A stretch of DNA of 64,000 bases, from NCBI GenBank assembly GCA_003228115.1, contig QEVV01000004.1, positions 85,175 to 149,174 on the forward strand. Reading direction: 5' to 3'. Source of the DNA: Chloroflexota bacterium. GTDB lineage: Bacteria; Chloroflexota; Dehalococcoidia; Lucifugimonadales; SAR202-VII-2. Below the pieces are notes generated by a model that worked only from the letters and a program-made list of their open reading frames with translations, had not been told where the DNA came from and ran no database searches. Every line of letters starts with the position of its first letter. Position 1 is the stretch's first letter. A program made the position numbers and the translations under genes. Shown one piece after another: positions 46,333 to 55,342 of this stretch.

Positions 46333-47847
46333 ATGAATAAGACAACAGGAAGTTCGAGTTTCCGGCTGCAGGAAGCCACAATCGCCGACATTCATGCCGC
46401 GTTCAGTTCAGGAGCGCTGACATCTCGGCAATTGGTGGACCTCTATCTCAACCGTATCGAGGCCTACGACCGCGGTGGGCCCAAGATCAACTCCATCATT
46501 ACCGTCAACCCCAACGCCTTTGAAGACGCCGACCGCCTGGACAAAACGTTTGCGAAGAGCGGGATTTCTGGCCCTCTGCATGGAATACCCATAATCCTCA
46601 AGGACCAAATGGATGCCGTGGGCATGCCAACCACGCTCGGTTCAGTGGTCCTCAAGGACTACTTCCCAGAGAGAGACTCGTTTGTCGCAGTGAAGCTGAA
46701 GCAGGCTGGCGCAATCATTCTTGCCAAGGCCACCCTGGGAGAAATGGGGGGAGGCGACACCCACGGCTCTCTCTTCGGCTCCACGGGGAACGCCTATGAC
46801 CCAGAGAGGACAGCGGGAGGCTCCTCCGGTGGGCCGGGCGCTAGCATCTCATCGAATTTCGGGGCGGTCGCCATTGGACAGGAAGGTTTCGCCTCGATCA
46901 GACGACCAGCGGCTTGGAATGGGATTGTAGGCATGAGACCCACCGCCGGCCTTGTAAGCCGGGGCGGCGTCTTCGATGGCTGGCCTGGACTGGCCGGCTC
47001 GCTGGGGCCAATGGCAAGGTCCGTAACCGACGTAGCCAAGCTCATGGATGTGATCGTGGGCTTTGACGCGGAAGACCCAATAACCTCGCTGGGCGTCGGC
47101 AATGCGCCGCCAAGCTTCTCCGATCTTCTGGACCGTGACGCCCTCCGGGGAGCCCGCATCGGCGTCATCAACCAGTCGATGGGTTTTCACTCTGACCCAA
47201 CCTCTGAGGACTTCAGGCTGGTTGCCAGTGTTTTTGATAGCGCAATAACAGACCTTGGCGAAGCCGGGGCTGAGATGATCAACCTCCCAGAAATCCCCGG
47301 AATCATCGAGACTCTGGGAAAGAGGGCATTGGACAGCAGTGAAGAAGAGGCTTGGAACCAGTACTTCCTCCGTGGCGACAACCCGCCCTACCCTTCGCGC
47401 GACGCCATGATGCAATCGCCTGACTACTCCAAGGTGTACCGATCGAGGAACTCTGGCGTCATAAAGTCGGGACCCGAAGAGTACGGTGAATACCTAAGGG
47501 CCAGAGAGGGGCTCATGTTCACCATTTCGCAGATGATGGCCGAGTCCCAATTGGACGCTATTGTTCACAAAACCGTGGAGCATCAGCCAACGCTCATCAG
47601 CGAAGGCACTGGTCCCCCTTATTACAACATGAGAGGCGTCACCCACATCAATACGTTCCTGGTGAATGTGCCCTCAATTTCGATCCCAGCTGGGTTCACG
47701 GCGGATAACCTTCCGGTGGGGATAACCCTCCTCGGCAGGCCCTTCAGCGACGGCCTATTGATCAAGCTGGCCTACGCCTATGAGCGAGCCACCGGCCATC
47801 GAAGGCCCCCCGCAATAACACCTCCATTGTCGGGCGAGCCCTCATAA
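46333..47847 (+). CDS. amidase (amidase-signature family)
   Basis: GIPI.LKD, and the GGSSGGPGASIS amidase signature. Confidence 0.85.
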   Translation: MNKTTGSSSFRLQEATIADIHAAFSSGALTSRQLVDLYLNRIEAYDRGGPKINSIITVNPNAFEDADRLDKTFAKSGISGPLHGIPIILKDQMDAVGMPTTLGSVVLKDYFPERDSFVAVKLKQAGAIILAKATLGEMGGGDTHGSLFGSTGNAYDPERTAGGSSGGPGASISSNFGAVAIGQEGFASIRRPAAWNGIVGMRPTAGLVSRGGVFDGWPGLAGSLGPMARSVTDVAKLMDVIVGFDAEDPITSLGVGNAPPSFSDLLDRDALRGARIGVINQSMGFHSDPTSEDFRLVASVFDSAITDLGEAGAEMINLPEIPGIIETLGKRALDSSEEEAWNQYFLRGDNPPYPSRDAMMQSPDYSKVYRSRNSGVIKSGPEEYGEYLRAREGLMFTISQMMAESQLDAIVHKTVEHQPTLISEGTGPPYYNMRGVTHINTFLVNVPSISIPAGFTADNLPVGITLLGRPFSDGLLIKLAYAYERATGHRRPPAITPPLSGEPS

Positions 47848-47968
47848 GAGCAGGCCAACGTGTAAGATATGGTCGCCGCGCACCACATTCACAGCTAGCA
47901 GGAGAACAATTGCGACGGTAACACCACTAGATGTCATCCCGGCCTTCCACCAAGCACTACGCAATGGC

Positions 47969-48553
47969 ATGAAATCGATCGACGACGCAGCCTACGGGGC
48001 AGCAGCCGGTGACGGCAATTTGGCGCCGGCCGTGGAGCAGCTCCGCTTTTTCAACGAAATTCTGAAGTGGCATGCAGACGGCGAGGACGAACTGGTGTTC
48101 CCGGCCATAGAAAAAGTAGCCCCGCTTGCGGCAAAGACCTACGTTCACGACCATCATGAATTCGACGCGATGACGGCGGGCCTAGCCAAGATCGCCTCCA
48201 CATCAGACGCTCTGGTCGCGGCCCGTGAGACCGCTGCGCTGACTGCAGTGCTGAGGATTCACCTCGATAAGGAAGACCAGCTTCTCTATCCACTTCTGCG
48301 CGAGCGTACTTCCTTGGAAGAGCAAACAGCGATAGTTGGTGGCATGGCCGCACATGTGCCACCCGAACGCACCCCGGACTTCATCAACTGGTTCTTCCCC
48401 CTGTTGGGACACGACGACCGGGCGATGTGGACAAGGGTCGTCATGGGGCTAATGCCTGAGCAGGTGTTCGCCGGCGTGAAGGGCCTCATCCAGGCAACTG
48501 TAGCTGGCGATTGGGCAGAATTGACGCGGCGAATCCCCGAACTGGACTCCTAA
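47969..48553 (+). CDS. hemerythrin (HHE cation-binding) domain protein, N-terminus uncertain
   Basis: H/E/D ligand patterns (WHADGEDELVFPAIE, HDHHEFD). The frame stays open upstream of ATG 47969 and encodes DVIPAFHQALRNG, which looks like part of the domain. The only upstream candidate is ATT 47909 after AGGAG (47900-47904). Confidence 0.65.
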   Translation: MKSIDDAAYGAAAGDGNLAPAVEQLRFFNEILKWHADGEDELVFPAIEKVAPLAAKTYVHDHHEFDAMTAGLAKIASTSDALVAARETAALTAVLRIHLDKEDQLLYPLLRERTSLEEQTAIVGGMAAHVPPERTPDFINWFFPLLGHDDRAMWTRVVMGLMPEQVFAGVKGLIQATVAGDWAELTRRIPELDS

Positions 48554-48637
48554 CCCCGCGGCATCGCACTGGCCCGAGCAAGACCCCGCGGGCAAGCTGG
48601 GACTGGGCGATCGGCAGCCTACAACAGAGGGTCCAAC

Positions 48638-49447
48638 ATGCCTGAGATCGAAAATCAGGTTGCTATCATCACCGGGGCAGGCCGCATGCGGGGCATTGGC
48701 CGTGCCGCAGCCTTGGCCCTTGCTGACGCTGGATGCGACATCGTGCTCACCGGGACCGGCCGCGACCCTTCAGCCTTTCCTGATGACGAGAAACAGGCAG
48801 GATGGAGCGACATCGAAAGCGTAGCTGATGAGGTGCGGGCCCTGGGCAGACGAGCACTGCCCCTGGTGGTCAACGTCGCTGACGCAGATCAGGTGGAAAA
48901 CATGGTCAAGCAGGCCGTGAGTTCCCTGGGCCGCGTCGACATCCTTGTGAACAACGCTGCCTTCCTCCGCGGCGTAGATCGCGTTCCCGTCGTCGATCTG
49001 CCGGAGGAGTTGTTCCGCAAGGTGATGGAGATCAAGATGGTCGGCACCTTCCTATGTTCCCAGGCTGTGGCTCGTCACCTCATCGACCAAGGCCAGGGCG
49101 GCTCCATCGTCAACGTCTCTTCCACTGCTGGCCGCCGAGGCCTTGCGAACACGGCAGCCTACTGCGCCGCCAACTTCGCCGTGCACGGATTCACTCAGTC
49201 GTTGGCCTTGGAGCTTGCCACACACCAGATACGGGTCAACGCCGTGTGCCCCGGCCTCATCGACACCGAGCGCAACGAGCTCCTCAAGGAAGATGACCGC
49301 TGGGACAGGCAACTCCACAGCATCCCCCTGGGCCACGCAGGCACTGCCGACGACATCGGCCAAGCCATACGCTTCCTCTGCTCGCCCGGCGCCGCCTACA
49401 TAACCGGCGAGTACATCAACATCAACGGTGGCTCCGTTATGCAGTAG
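48638..49447 (+). CDS. SDR family oxidoreductase (FabG-like)
   Basis: TGAGRMRGIG cofactor motif, NNAA, and the S...Y..aK catalytic pattern (YCAANFA). Confidence 0.8.
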   Translation: MPEIENQVAIITGAGRMRGIGRAAALALADAGCDIVLTGTGRDPSAFPDDEKQAGWSDIESVADEVRALGRRALPLVVNVADADQVENMVKQAVSSLGRVDILVNNAAFLRGVDRVPVVDLPEELFRKVMEIKMVGTFLCSQAVARHLIDQGQGGSIVNVSSTAGRRGLANTAAYCAANFAVHGFTQSLALELATHQIRVNAVCPGLIDTERNELLKEDDRWDRQLHSIPLGHAGTADDIGQAIRFLCSPGAAYITGEYININGGSVMQ

Positions 49448-49559
49448 CAGTTCCTCCACAAGCCACACATCGGTGACAGCAGTTCGGCCTCCAAGCCCGC
49501 CAGATCCACACAACCCTTGACGTGCTGAAAGAGTCCGAATGCGCAATTTGCTTCCCACC

Positions 49560-49586
49560 GTCATTCCGGCGAAAGCCGGAACCCAG
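49560..49586 (+). repeat. family-C hairpin repeat
   Basis: GTCATTCCGGCGAAAGCCGGAACCCAGG, in the amt upstream region. Confidence 0.7.
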
Positions 49587-49787
49587 GAACGTCCGTTCAG
49601 CGAGACATGGGCCGAACAACCCCAATCCTACCGCCCCACCCCCTTCACCAAGCCAACCTGCGATCCCAGCGGGGTGCAGAACACACCGAGAACCATCCTC
49701 AGCACCTTGCTCCCTCAGCGCCCTCGGGTGATTACCTCGTTCCAACATCCCGTATCACCCCCTGCCCACACCATTGTTTGGCAACCT

Positions 49788-49858
49788 GTAACAAAACGTT
49801 AACAACGTCGCAACATGCCGGAAACTCACCCCTCGTACATTGGAAACAACGTTCTAAC
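49788..49858 (+). promoter_or_regulatory. phased nnAAC pentamer array (GlnR-box-like) upstream of amt
   Basis: GTAAC(49788) n6 TTAAC(49799) n6 GCAAC(49810) n6 GAAAC(49821), then in the same 11-bp phase GAAAC(49843) n6 CTAAC(49854). ATG at 49874. Confidence 0.5.
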
Positions 49859-49873
49859 AGGGGAGGTTCCGGC

Positions 49874-51289
49874 ATGTTCAAACTCATTCGGAGCAGGAAG
49901 GGCAAGATATCGATTCTCGCCTTGTGGGGCATGGCCATCTTCTTGATGTCCGGCGGTCTGGCCCTGGCCCAAGACCCAAGCGGCGCAGCCACGCTAGCTG
50001 CCGACTCCACCGCGGCCGTGAACTTCACGTGGACATTGATGGCCGCGTTCTTAGTGTTCTTCATGCAGGCGGGCTTCGCCTTCTTGGGAGCGGGCCTAAT
50101 CCGCTCCAAGAACACGGTCAACTATATGACCAAGAGCTTCATGGACTTTGCTGTCGCAGCCCTCAGCTTCTGGGCCTTCGGCTTCGCTTTGATGTTCGGT
50201 GGTTCAGCGGTTGCCTCCGGCCTCATGGATGGTAACGCCTGGATCGGCTACTCAGGCTTCTTCCTCAGCGGCCAGGCCTATGACGTCTCCACCGCTGAGT
50301 TGTGGATTTTCCAGATGGTCTTCGCCGGTACCGCTGCAACCATTGTGGCCGGAGCCGTCGCTGAGCGTATGAAGATCAACGCCTACCTCGCCTACGCATT
50401 CATCGTCGGCGCTATCATCTACCCCTTGTACGGCCACCAGATCTGGGGCGGCGGCTGGCTCTCCACCCTCGATTTGGGTGCTGGAGCTGTCGACTTCGCC
50501 GGCTCCGGTGTCGTCCACGCCGTCGGTGGGTTCGTTGGGCTGGCCGGGGCCATTATGGTCGGCGCCCGCATTGGCAAGTTCAACGCCGACGGAACATCCA
50601 ACGACATCAGGGGTCACAATATCCCCTACATCCCAATAGGCGTCTTTATACTGTTCTTTGGATGGTTCGGCTTCAACGCCGGTTCCACCCTGGCGGCGAC
50701 AGAGCTTCGCATTTCCATCATAGCTGTGAACACGCTACTGGCAGGGGCAGCGGGCGCTATTGTCGGCCTGTACTACTCCATCGCCCGTACCGGCAAGGCC
50801 GACATTGGCTCCGCCGCCAACGGCACCCTGGCTGGCCTCGTAGGCATCACCGCCTCCTGCGCTTGGGTCGCGCCATGGGCCGCAGTGGTCATCGGCATAA
50901 TCGCCGCACTGGTCATGAAGGGCAGCAGCTACGCCGTTGAGCGTTGGCTCAAGGTGGACGACCCGGTCGGCGCTGTCTCGGTTCACGGTGCTGCTGGCAT
51001 CTGGGGGCTCCTCTCAGTCGGCTTCTTCGCCGACGGCACCTATGGCAACTACACAACCGACGGCCCCTTTGTCACCGGCCTGTTCTACGGTGAATGGGAG
51101 CAACTGGCGGCCCAGCTCATCAGCGCCGTTATGGTTGTAGCTTGGTCCCTGGGCACCGGCCTGCTCCTCTTCTGGGTGCTCAAGAAGACCATGGGAATCC
51201 GTGCGTCCCGAGAGGAAGAACTAGAAGGGCTGGACATGCCAGAGCATGGGCTCGCCGCCTACCCAGAGTTCGTAAGTCCACAAAAGTGA
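49874..51289 (+). CDS. amt: ammonium transporter
   Basis: ORF 49607..51289. ATG 49874 follows GGGGAGG and gives a signal peptide (..GGLALAQDP). FAFLGAGLIRSKN and DFAGSGVVH motifs. Strong terminator downstream. Confidence 0.9.
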   Translation: MFKLIRSRKGKISILALWGMAIFLMSGGLALAQDPSGAATLAADSTAAVNFTWTLMAAFLVFFMQAGFAFLGAGLIRSKNTVNYMTKSFMDFAVAALSFWAFGFALMFGGSAVASGLMDGNAWIGYSGFFLSGQAYDVSTAELWIFQMVFAGTAATIVAGAVAERMKINAYLAYAFIVGAIIYPLYGHQIWGGGWLSTLDLGAGAVDFAGSGVVHAVGGFVGLAGAIMVGARIGKFNADGTSNDIRGHNIPYIPIGVFILFFGWFGFNAGSTLAATELRISIIAVNTLLAGAAGAIVGLYYSIARTGKADIGSAANGTLAGLVGITASCAWVAPWAAVVIGIIAALVMKGSSYAVERWLKVDDPVGAVSVHGAAGIWGLLSVGFFADGTYGNYTTDGPFVTGLFYGEWEQLAAQLISAVMVVAWSLGTGLLLFWVLKKTMGIRASREEELEGLDMPEHGLAAYPEFVSPQK

Positions 51290-51355
51290 GGCTTCTAGGC
51301 GCCGCTTCGGCCAGAATGGTCGCAAGCAGCTAGATGTCATTCCCAGCGGACAAGA

Positions 51356-51396
51356 GAAGGAGCGCCCCGACGACATCGGGGCGCTCCTTCTTTTGT
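51356..51396 (+). terminator. rho-independent terminator of amt
   Basis: 14-bp stem GAAGGAGCGCCCCG/CGGGGCGCTCCTTC, loop ACGACAT, then TTTTGT. Confidence 0.85.
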
Positions 51397-51465
51397 CTGC
51401 GCTGTTCGCTGGAAGCTTGCGGGACCCCATCTAGCCCGACTCCCAGGCGCCAGGCTCGCGAAAAT

Positions 51466-51503
51466 GAAACACAAACGTAACATCCCCGCAATTGGCTTGT
51501 AAT
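51466..51503 (+). promoter_or_regulatory. phased pentamer array (GlnR-box-like) upstream of small ORF copy 1
   Basis: GAAAC(51466) n6 GTAAC(51477) n6 GCAAT(51488) n6 GTAAT(51499). TGTAAT (51498-51503) could double as the -10. Confidence 0.45.
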
Positions 51504-51558
51504 AAAAGCCTGGCATTCTAGTGGCAACGAAAACAATTTCCCTATGAGGTGTTGAACC

Positions 51559-51645
51559 ATGGAAATCATTATTGCAGGAGTCGCCTTCGTAGCACTGTTC
51601 GGCCTTTGGGTCATCGTACCGAGCAAGCTGCTCCGCAAGCGCTAA
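51559..51645 (+). CDS. 28-aa single-TM small membrane protein, copy 1 (MEIIIAGVAFVALFGLWVIVPSKLLRKR)
   Basis: Below the ORF-track length cutoff. GAGGTG lies 7 nt before the ATG, and an intrinsic terminator follows. Peptide identical to copy 2 despite 7 nucleotide differences, all synonymous. Confidence 0.75.
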   Translation: MEIIIAGVAFVALFGLWVIVPSKLLRKR

Positions 51646-51665
51646 ACACAAGACCTTGGTAGAGA

Positions 51666-51704
51666 AGAGCGCTCCGGCAATGTCGGAGCGCTCTTTCTTT
51701 TTGT
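51666..51704 (+). terminator. rho-independent terminator of small ORF copy 1
   Basis: AGAGCGCTCCG GCAATGT CGGAGCGCTCT, then TTCTTTTTGT. Confidence 0.85.
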
Positions 51705-51759
51705 CCCGCCACTGGCGGACTCAGCGTAGGCTGTGCTATCGTGCCGCTCTCACTCAACC

Positions 51760-51797
51760 GCAACGCAAACGTAACATGCCTGCAATTGGCCTGTAAT
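51760..51797 (+). promoter_or_regulatory. phased pentamer array (GlnR-box-like) upstream of small ORF copy 2
   Basis: GCAAC(51760) n6 GTAAC(51771) n6 GCAAT(51782) n6 GTAAT(51793). Confidence 0.45.
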
Positions 51798-51853
51798 ACT
51801 GGCGTGGCATTCTGTTACTAACGAAAGTAATTCTTCTTCCAGGGGTGTCAGAC

Positions 51854-51940
51854 ATGGAAATCATTATAGCAGGAGTCGCCTTCGTCGCACTGTTCGGCCT
51901 CTGGGTCATCGTACCAAGCAAGCTCCTTCGCAAACGCTAA
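51854..51940 (+). CDS. 28-aa single-TM small membrane protein, copy 2
   Basis: Same peptide as 51559..51645. AGGGGTG upstream, with its own intrinsic terminator. Confidence 0.75.
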   Translation: MEIIIAGVAFVALFGLWVIVPSKLLRKR

Positions 51941-51962
51941 ACACCCGGGACCTTGGGGATAT

Positions 51963-51998
51963 GAAACGCTCCTGCAATGCGGGAGCGTTTCTTTTTTG
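51963..51998 (+). terminator. rho-independent terminator of small ORF copy 2
   Basis: GAAACGCTCC TGCAATGCG GGAGCGTTTC, then TTTTTT. Confidence 0.85.
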
Positions 51999-52043
51999 CC
52001 CTGTGCTAGGATGTTCCTACGCCCAGGCAGGAGAAGTAACAAC

Positions 52044-52997
52044 ATGAAAGTCCGCATAGGTATGGCGCCCACCACTCTCCCCGCGGGAAAGGAGGGAGCC
52101 GACCTTTTCTGGCGCACCATGGACCTCTGCGACTCCCTAGACTTTGACTCCGTTTGGCTCAGTGATAGGCCTGTAGGCCCCCGCATTAGCATGGAACCCA
52201 TGGTTGGCATGGCGGCCGTGGCCGGCCGATACCCCAAGCTCAAGTTTGGCACCAGCGTGCTCATCCTCTCAATAAGGCAACCCGTCCTCCTGGCCAAAGA
52301 ACTAGCGACCTTCGACTATCTTTCGGGGGGGCGTATCTTCCCCGCCATCGGCTTGGGGCAAGACGACCCAAGAGAATACGAGGCCATGGGAACTCGCAAA
52401 GAAGACCGAGGACGCCGCGTTGATGAAGCCATCCCCCTGCTGCGCCGCCTCTGGACGGAAGACAACGTTACCCACCATGGGGAGTTCTACACACTCAACG
52501 ATGTGACGGTTGAGCCTAAGCCTCTTCAAAAGCCCTGCATCCCCCTATGGATTGGGGGCCGCAGCAAGGCCGCCCAACGCCGCATTGGCCGGTTGGGCGA
52601 CGGATGGCTCTGCTCCAGCGCGACGGCCGCTGAGATGGAGGAAGGCATCACCGTCATCAATTCGACCGCAGGTGAGGCTGGGCGGTCCGTGCCTGAGGAC
52701 CACATGGGGGCGAACATAGGCTTCCGCATCGACGCCAGCAAGGAAGCTGGTGTAGAGAACGCAGCTCCCTTCGCCATCCGGCTCCGGCCGGACGCCGATT
52801 TCGCTTCCTACGCCGCTCTGGGCACAGCAGAGGATGTTGTCTCCACACTTCGCGACTACGTCGCCGCCGGAGTCACCAAATTCGTGCTGCGGCCCATGTG
52901 CCACCCGGAGGAAATGGAAGACCAACTCCGTCGCGCCGGCGAGGATGTAATCCCAGCGTTTCACTCAGATAGGGCCGGAACGAAGATCACAGCTTGA
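52044..52997 (+). CDS. LLM-class (luciferase-like) flavin/F420-dependent oxidoreductase
   Basis: ORF 51996..52997. ATG 52044 follows AGGAGAAG. FDSVWLSDR, LA.L..LSGGR...G.G and P..P.WIGG patterns. Confidence 0.8.
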   Translation: MKVRIGMAPTTLPAGKEGADLFWRTMDLCDSLDFDSVWLSDRPVGPRISMEPMVGMAAVAGRYPKLKFGTSVLILSIRQPVLLAKELATFDYLSGGRIFPAIGLGQDDPREYEAMGTRKEDRGRRVDEAIPLLRRLWTEDNVTHHGEFYTLNDVTVEPKPLQKPCIPLWIGGRSKAAQRRIGRLGDGWLCSSATAAEMEEGITVINSTAGEAGRSVPEDHMGANIGFRIDASKEAGVENAAPFAIRLRPDADFASYAALGTAEDVVSTLRDYVAAGVTKFVLRPMCHPEEMEDQLRRAGEDVIPAFHSDRAGTKITA

Positions 52998-53045
52998 CCG
53001 GCCCAGCTTCAACAGAGCCCTTCGTATGCCGGAAAGGGGTAGGGC

Positions 53046-54587
53046 GTGAACATAGCCGAGCTTCTCACAAGGTCCGCGCGCAGTCATGGTGAGGCCCCAG
53101 CGATCTCCTTCTCAGGAGACACGTGGAGCTACAAGGAGATGGACCGCCGGGTATCAGGGATAGCGGGCGGACTCCTCAGCCTGGGAATGCGCCGCGGGGA
53201 CCGGGTGCTCCTGTTTCAACGCAACCAGCCCCAGCTTCTGGAAAGCATGTTCGCCTGCTGGCGAGCGGGCCTCATCGCCGTACCTGTTAACAACCGCCTT
53301 CTCCCTGCAGAGGCGGCCTACATCGCCGAGAACTCAGGGGCCCAGGCGCTGATTGTGTCCCCGGAGTTCAAAGACGTCGCATCGGCCTGCGCTGGGGCGA
53401 CGCCCGGCTTGCTGGAGGTATCGACCGATGACAGCGGCCCCCTTTCGCTCAATGGGCTGATGAGCGGCGGAAAAGAGTGTGAGGACGCCGAGGTAGACGA
53501 GGACGATATCGCCTGGCTCTTCTACACCTCCGGCACTACCGGACGGCCCAAGGGAGCGATGCTCACCCACCGCAACCTGTTGACGATGACTCTGAACTAC
53601 CTGGCGGAGGTAGCGCCGGTACGGCCCGGCGATGTGTTCCTCCACGCTGCGCCGCTGACACATGGGTCCGGCTTATATGCGTTACCCGCCGTAGCAATGG
53701 CGGCAAAGCAGGTCATCCAACACACGGCATCCTTTGACCCTGCAACATTCTTTGAGCTCATTGAACGCCACAGCGTCACTCAGGTGGCATTCCTGGCGCC
53801 CACTATGATCATCGCGCTGCTCAACCATCCGGCTCTGGGACAACACGACCTATCGAGCTTAAGGAGCATGGCATATGGCGGCGCCCCGATGTATGTGGAG
53901 ACCCTGAAACGTGCGGTCACGGCCTTCGGCCCTACCCTCGTCCAGATATACGGCATGGGAGAAGTCCCCATGTCCATCTCCGTGCTCCCAAGGTGGGAGC
54001 ACCTGATTGACGGGGAACCCGAGCATGAGCGCCGCCTGTCCTCAGCGGGAATCCCCCGCCTGGGCATGGAGGTAGCCATCCTGGACAGCGCAGATGAAAA
54101 GCTTCCTTCAGGACAAATAGGCGAAATCGCCGTTCGGGGGCCGGTAGTGATGAAGGGCTATTGGGCGGACTCCGCGGCCACCGAGGAGTCGTTACGGGGG
54201 GGCTGGCTGCACACAGGTGATATTGGAAGAATGGACCCCGATGGCTTCCTGTACATCCTCGACAGAGCGAAGGACATGATCATCAGCGGAGGAGCCAATA
54301 TCTATCCTCGAGAAGTGGAAGACGTCCTGGCCACGCACCCTGAGGTTCTGGAAGCCCTCGTCGTTGGTGTTCCAGACCCCTATTGGGGCGAGGCGGTGGT
54401 CGTATTGCGTTCAGGCGCGGGAGCGACCGAGGAGGAGATCATAGCGTTCTGCCGCAGCCGCCTGGCTGGCCACAAGAAGCCTCGCTCAATCGACTTTGCG
54501 GACACCCTCCCCAAGAACGCCTATGGAAAAGTGCTTAAGCGTGAGGTCCGCGACCGCTACTGGCAAGGCAGTGACCGGAAAGTCTAG
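53046..54587 (+). CDS. AMP-dependent acyl-CoA synthetase/ligase
   Basis: YTSGTTGRPKG AMP-binding motif, GEI..RG and the GW..TGD pattern. Confidence 0.85.
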   Translation: MNIAELLTRSARSHGEAPAISFSGDTWSYKEMDRRVSGIAGGLLSLGMRRGDRVLLFQRNQPQLLESMFACWRAGLIAVPVNNRLLPAEAAYIAENSGAQALIVSPEFKDVASACAGATPGLLEVSTDDSGPLSLNGLMSGGKECEDAEVDEDDIAWLFYTSGTTGRPKGAMLTHRNLLTMTLNYLAEVAPVRPGDVFLHAAPLTHGSGLYALPAVAMAAKQVIQHTASFDPATFFELIERHSVTQVAFLAPTMIIALLNHPALGQHDLSSLRSMAYGGAPMYVETLKRAVTAFGPTLVQIYGMGEVPMSISVLPRWEHLIDGEPEHERRLSSAGIPRLGMEVAILDSADEKLPSGQIGEIAVRGPVVMKGYWADSAATEESLRGGWLHTGDIGRMDPDGFLYILDRAKDMIISGGANIYPREVEDVLATHPEVLEALVVGVPDPYWGEAVVVLRSGAGATEEEIIAFCRSRLAGHKKPRSIDFADTLPKNAYGKVLKREVRDRYWQGSDRKV

Positions 54588-54599
54588 GCACGCTGGTTC

Positions 54600-55340
54600 T
54601 TAGCCCTCCCGCACCCGAATGCGGGAAGCCGCTTCATACCCCAATGCGATCTCTGTCCCGCCCTCGGTTCGCAGCACCATAACTCCCCGGTAGGGTGCTG
54701 CCTCTACCACATGCAAGGATTGCCCGGGCAACACGCCCTGAGCAATCAAATAGCCCAACAATTCCACCCCATGCTCTGGTACCCACGTCACGATGTAGCG
54801 ACTCCCAGATTCTGCCCCAGCAAGCGACATCTCGCCAGATCGGTCCGCTTGGTCTGCTCCGGGGATCGGATGACCAAAGGGGCAAACTGAGGGATATCCC
54901 AGCCGCTGAGCAATTTTTTGCTCTGTAAGGCGGGACAGCCCGTGTTCCAGCCGGTGGGCCTCTTGATGCGCCCGCTCCAGAGGGACGCCAAGCTCCGTGA
55001 CCGCAAGGCATTCCGCCAGCCGGTGCCGTCTCACAACGTCCCTCGCCATCTCCCGGCCTTCCTCCGTCAGCCGCACTTCTTTACCGGGAGTAATGTGCAC
55101 CAGTCCCTGCCGGGCCATGCGCCGCACCATCCCCGTTACCGAAGGCAGCGACGTCCCCTGATGTTCGGAGGGAGCAAGGCCCCGAAGGTAGTCGGCTACA
55201 TGGCCTGGGGTCGGAGCGACATCATCCTCTTCAAGTATGAAGATGGCCTGAAGGTAGTTCTCAGCCGCAGGCGAAAGCCGCGGATGGCCTTCGCTGGGTG
55301 CAGACCGGGCGTACTCTTGTATAGATGCGGTGGCAACCAT
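54600..55340 (-). CDS. DtxR/MntR-family metal-dependent transcriptional regulator with FeoA/SH3-like C-terminal domain
   Basis: ENYLQAIFIL, a helix-turn-helix, RRHRLAE..L dimerisation helix and a C-terminal SH3-like part. Confidence 0.8.
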   Translation of the reverse strand: MVATASIQEYARSAPSEGHPRLSPAAENYLQAIFILEEDDVAPTPGHVADYLRGLAPSEHQGTSLPSVTGMVRRMARQGLVHITPGKEVRLTEEGREMARDVVRRHRLAECLAVTELGVPLERAHQEAHRLEHGLSRLTEQKIAQRLGYPSVCPFGHPIPGADQADRSGEMSLAGAESGSRYIVTWVPEHGVELLGYLIAQGVLPGQSLHVVEAAPYRGVMVLRTEGGTEIALGYEAASRIRVREG

Positions 55341-55342
55341 GC

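Noticed and set aside
51511-51526. Sigma-54 type promoter TGGCAT-N5-TGGCA upstream of small ORF copy 1.
   Set aside because: The -12 GC element is not conserved in the duplicated copy (TGGCATTCTGTTACTA at 51806..51821), and the match to TGGCAC-N5-TTGC is imperfect. A -10-like TGTAAT conserved in both copies is a simpler explanation.
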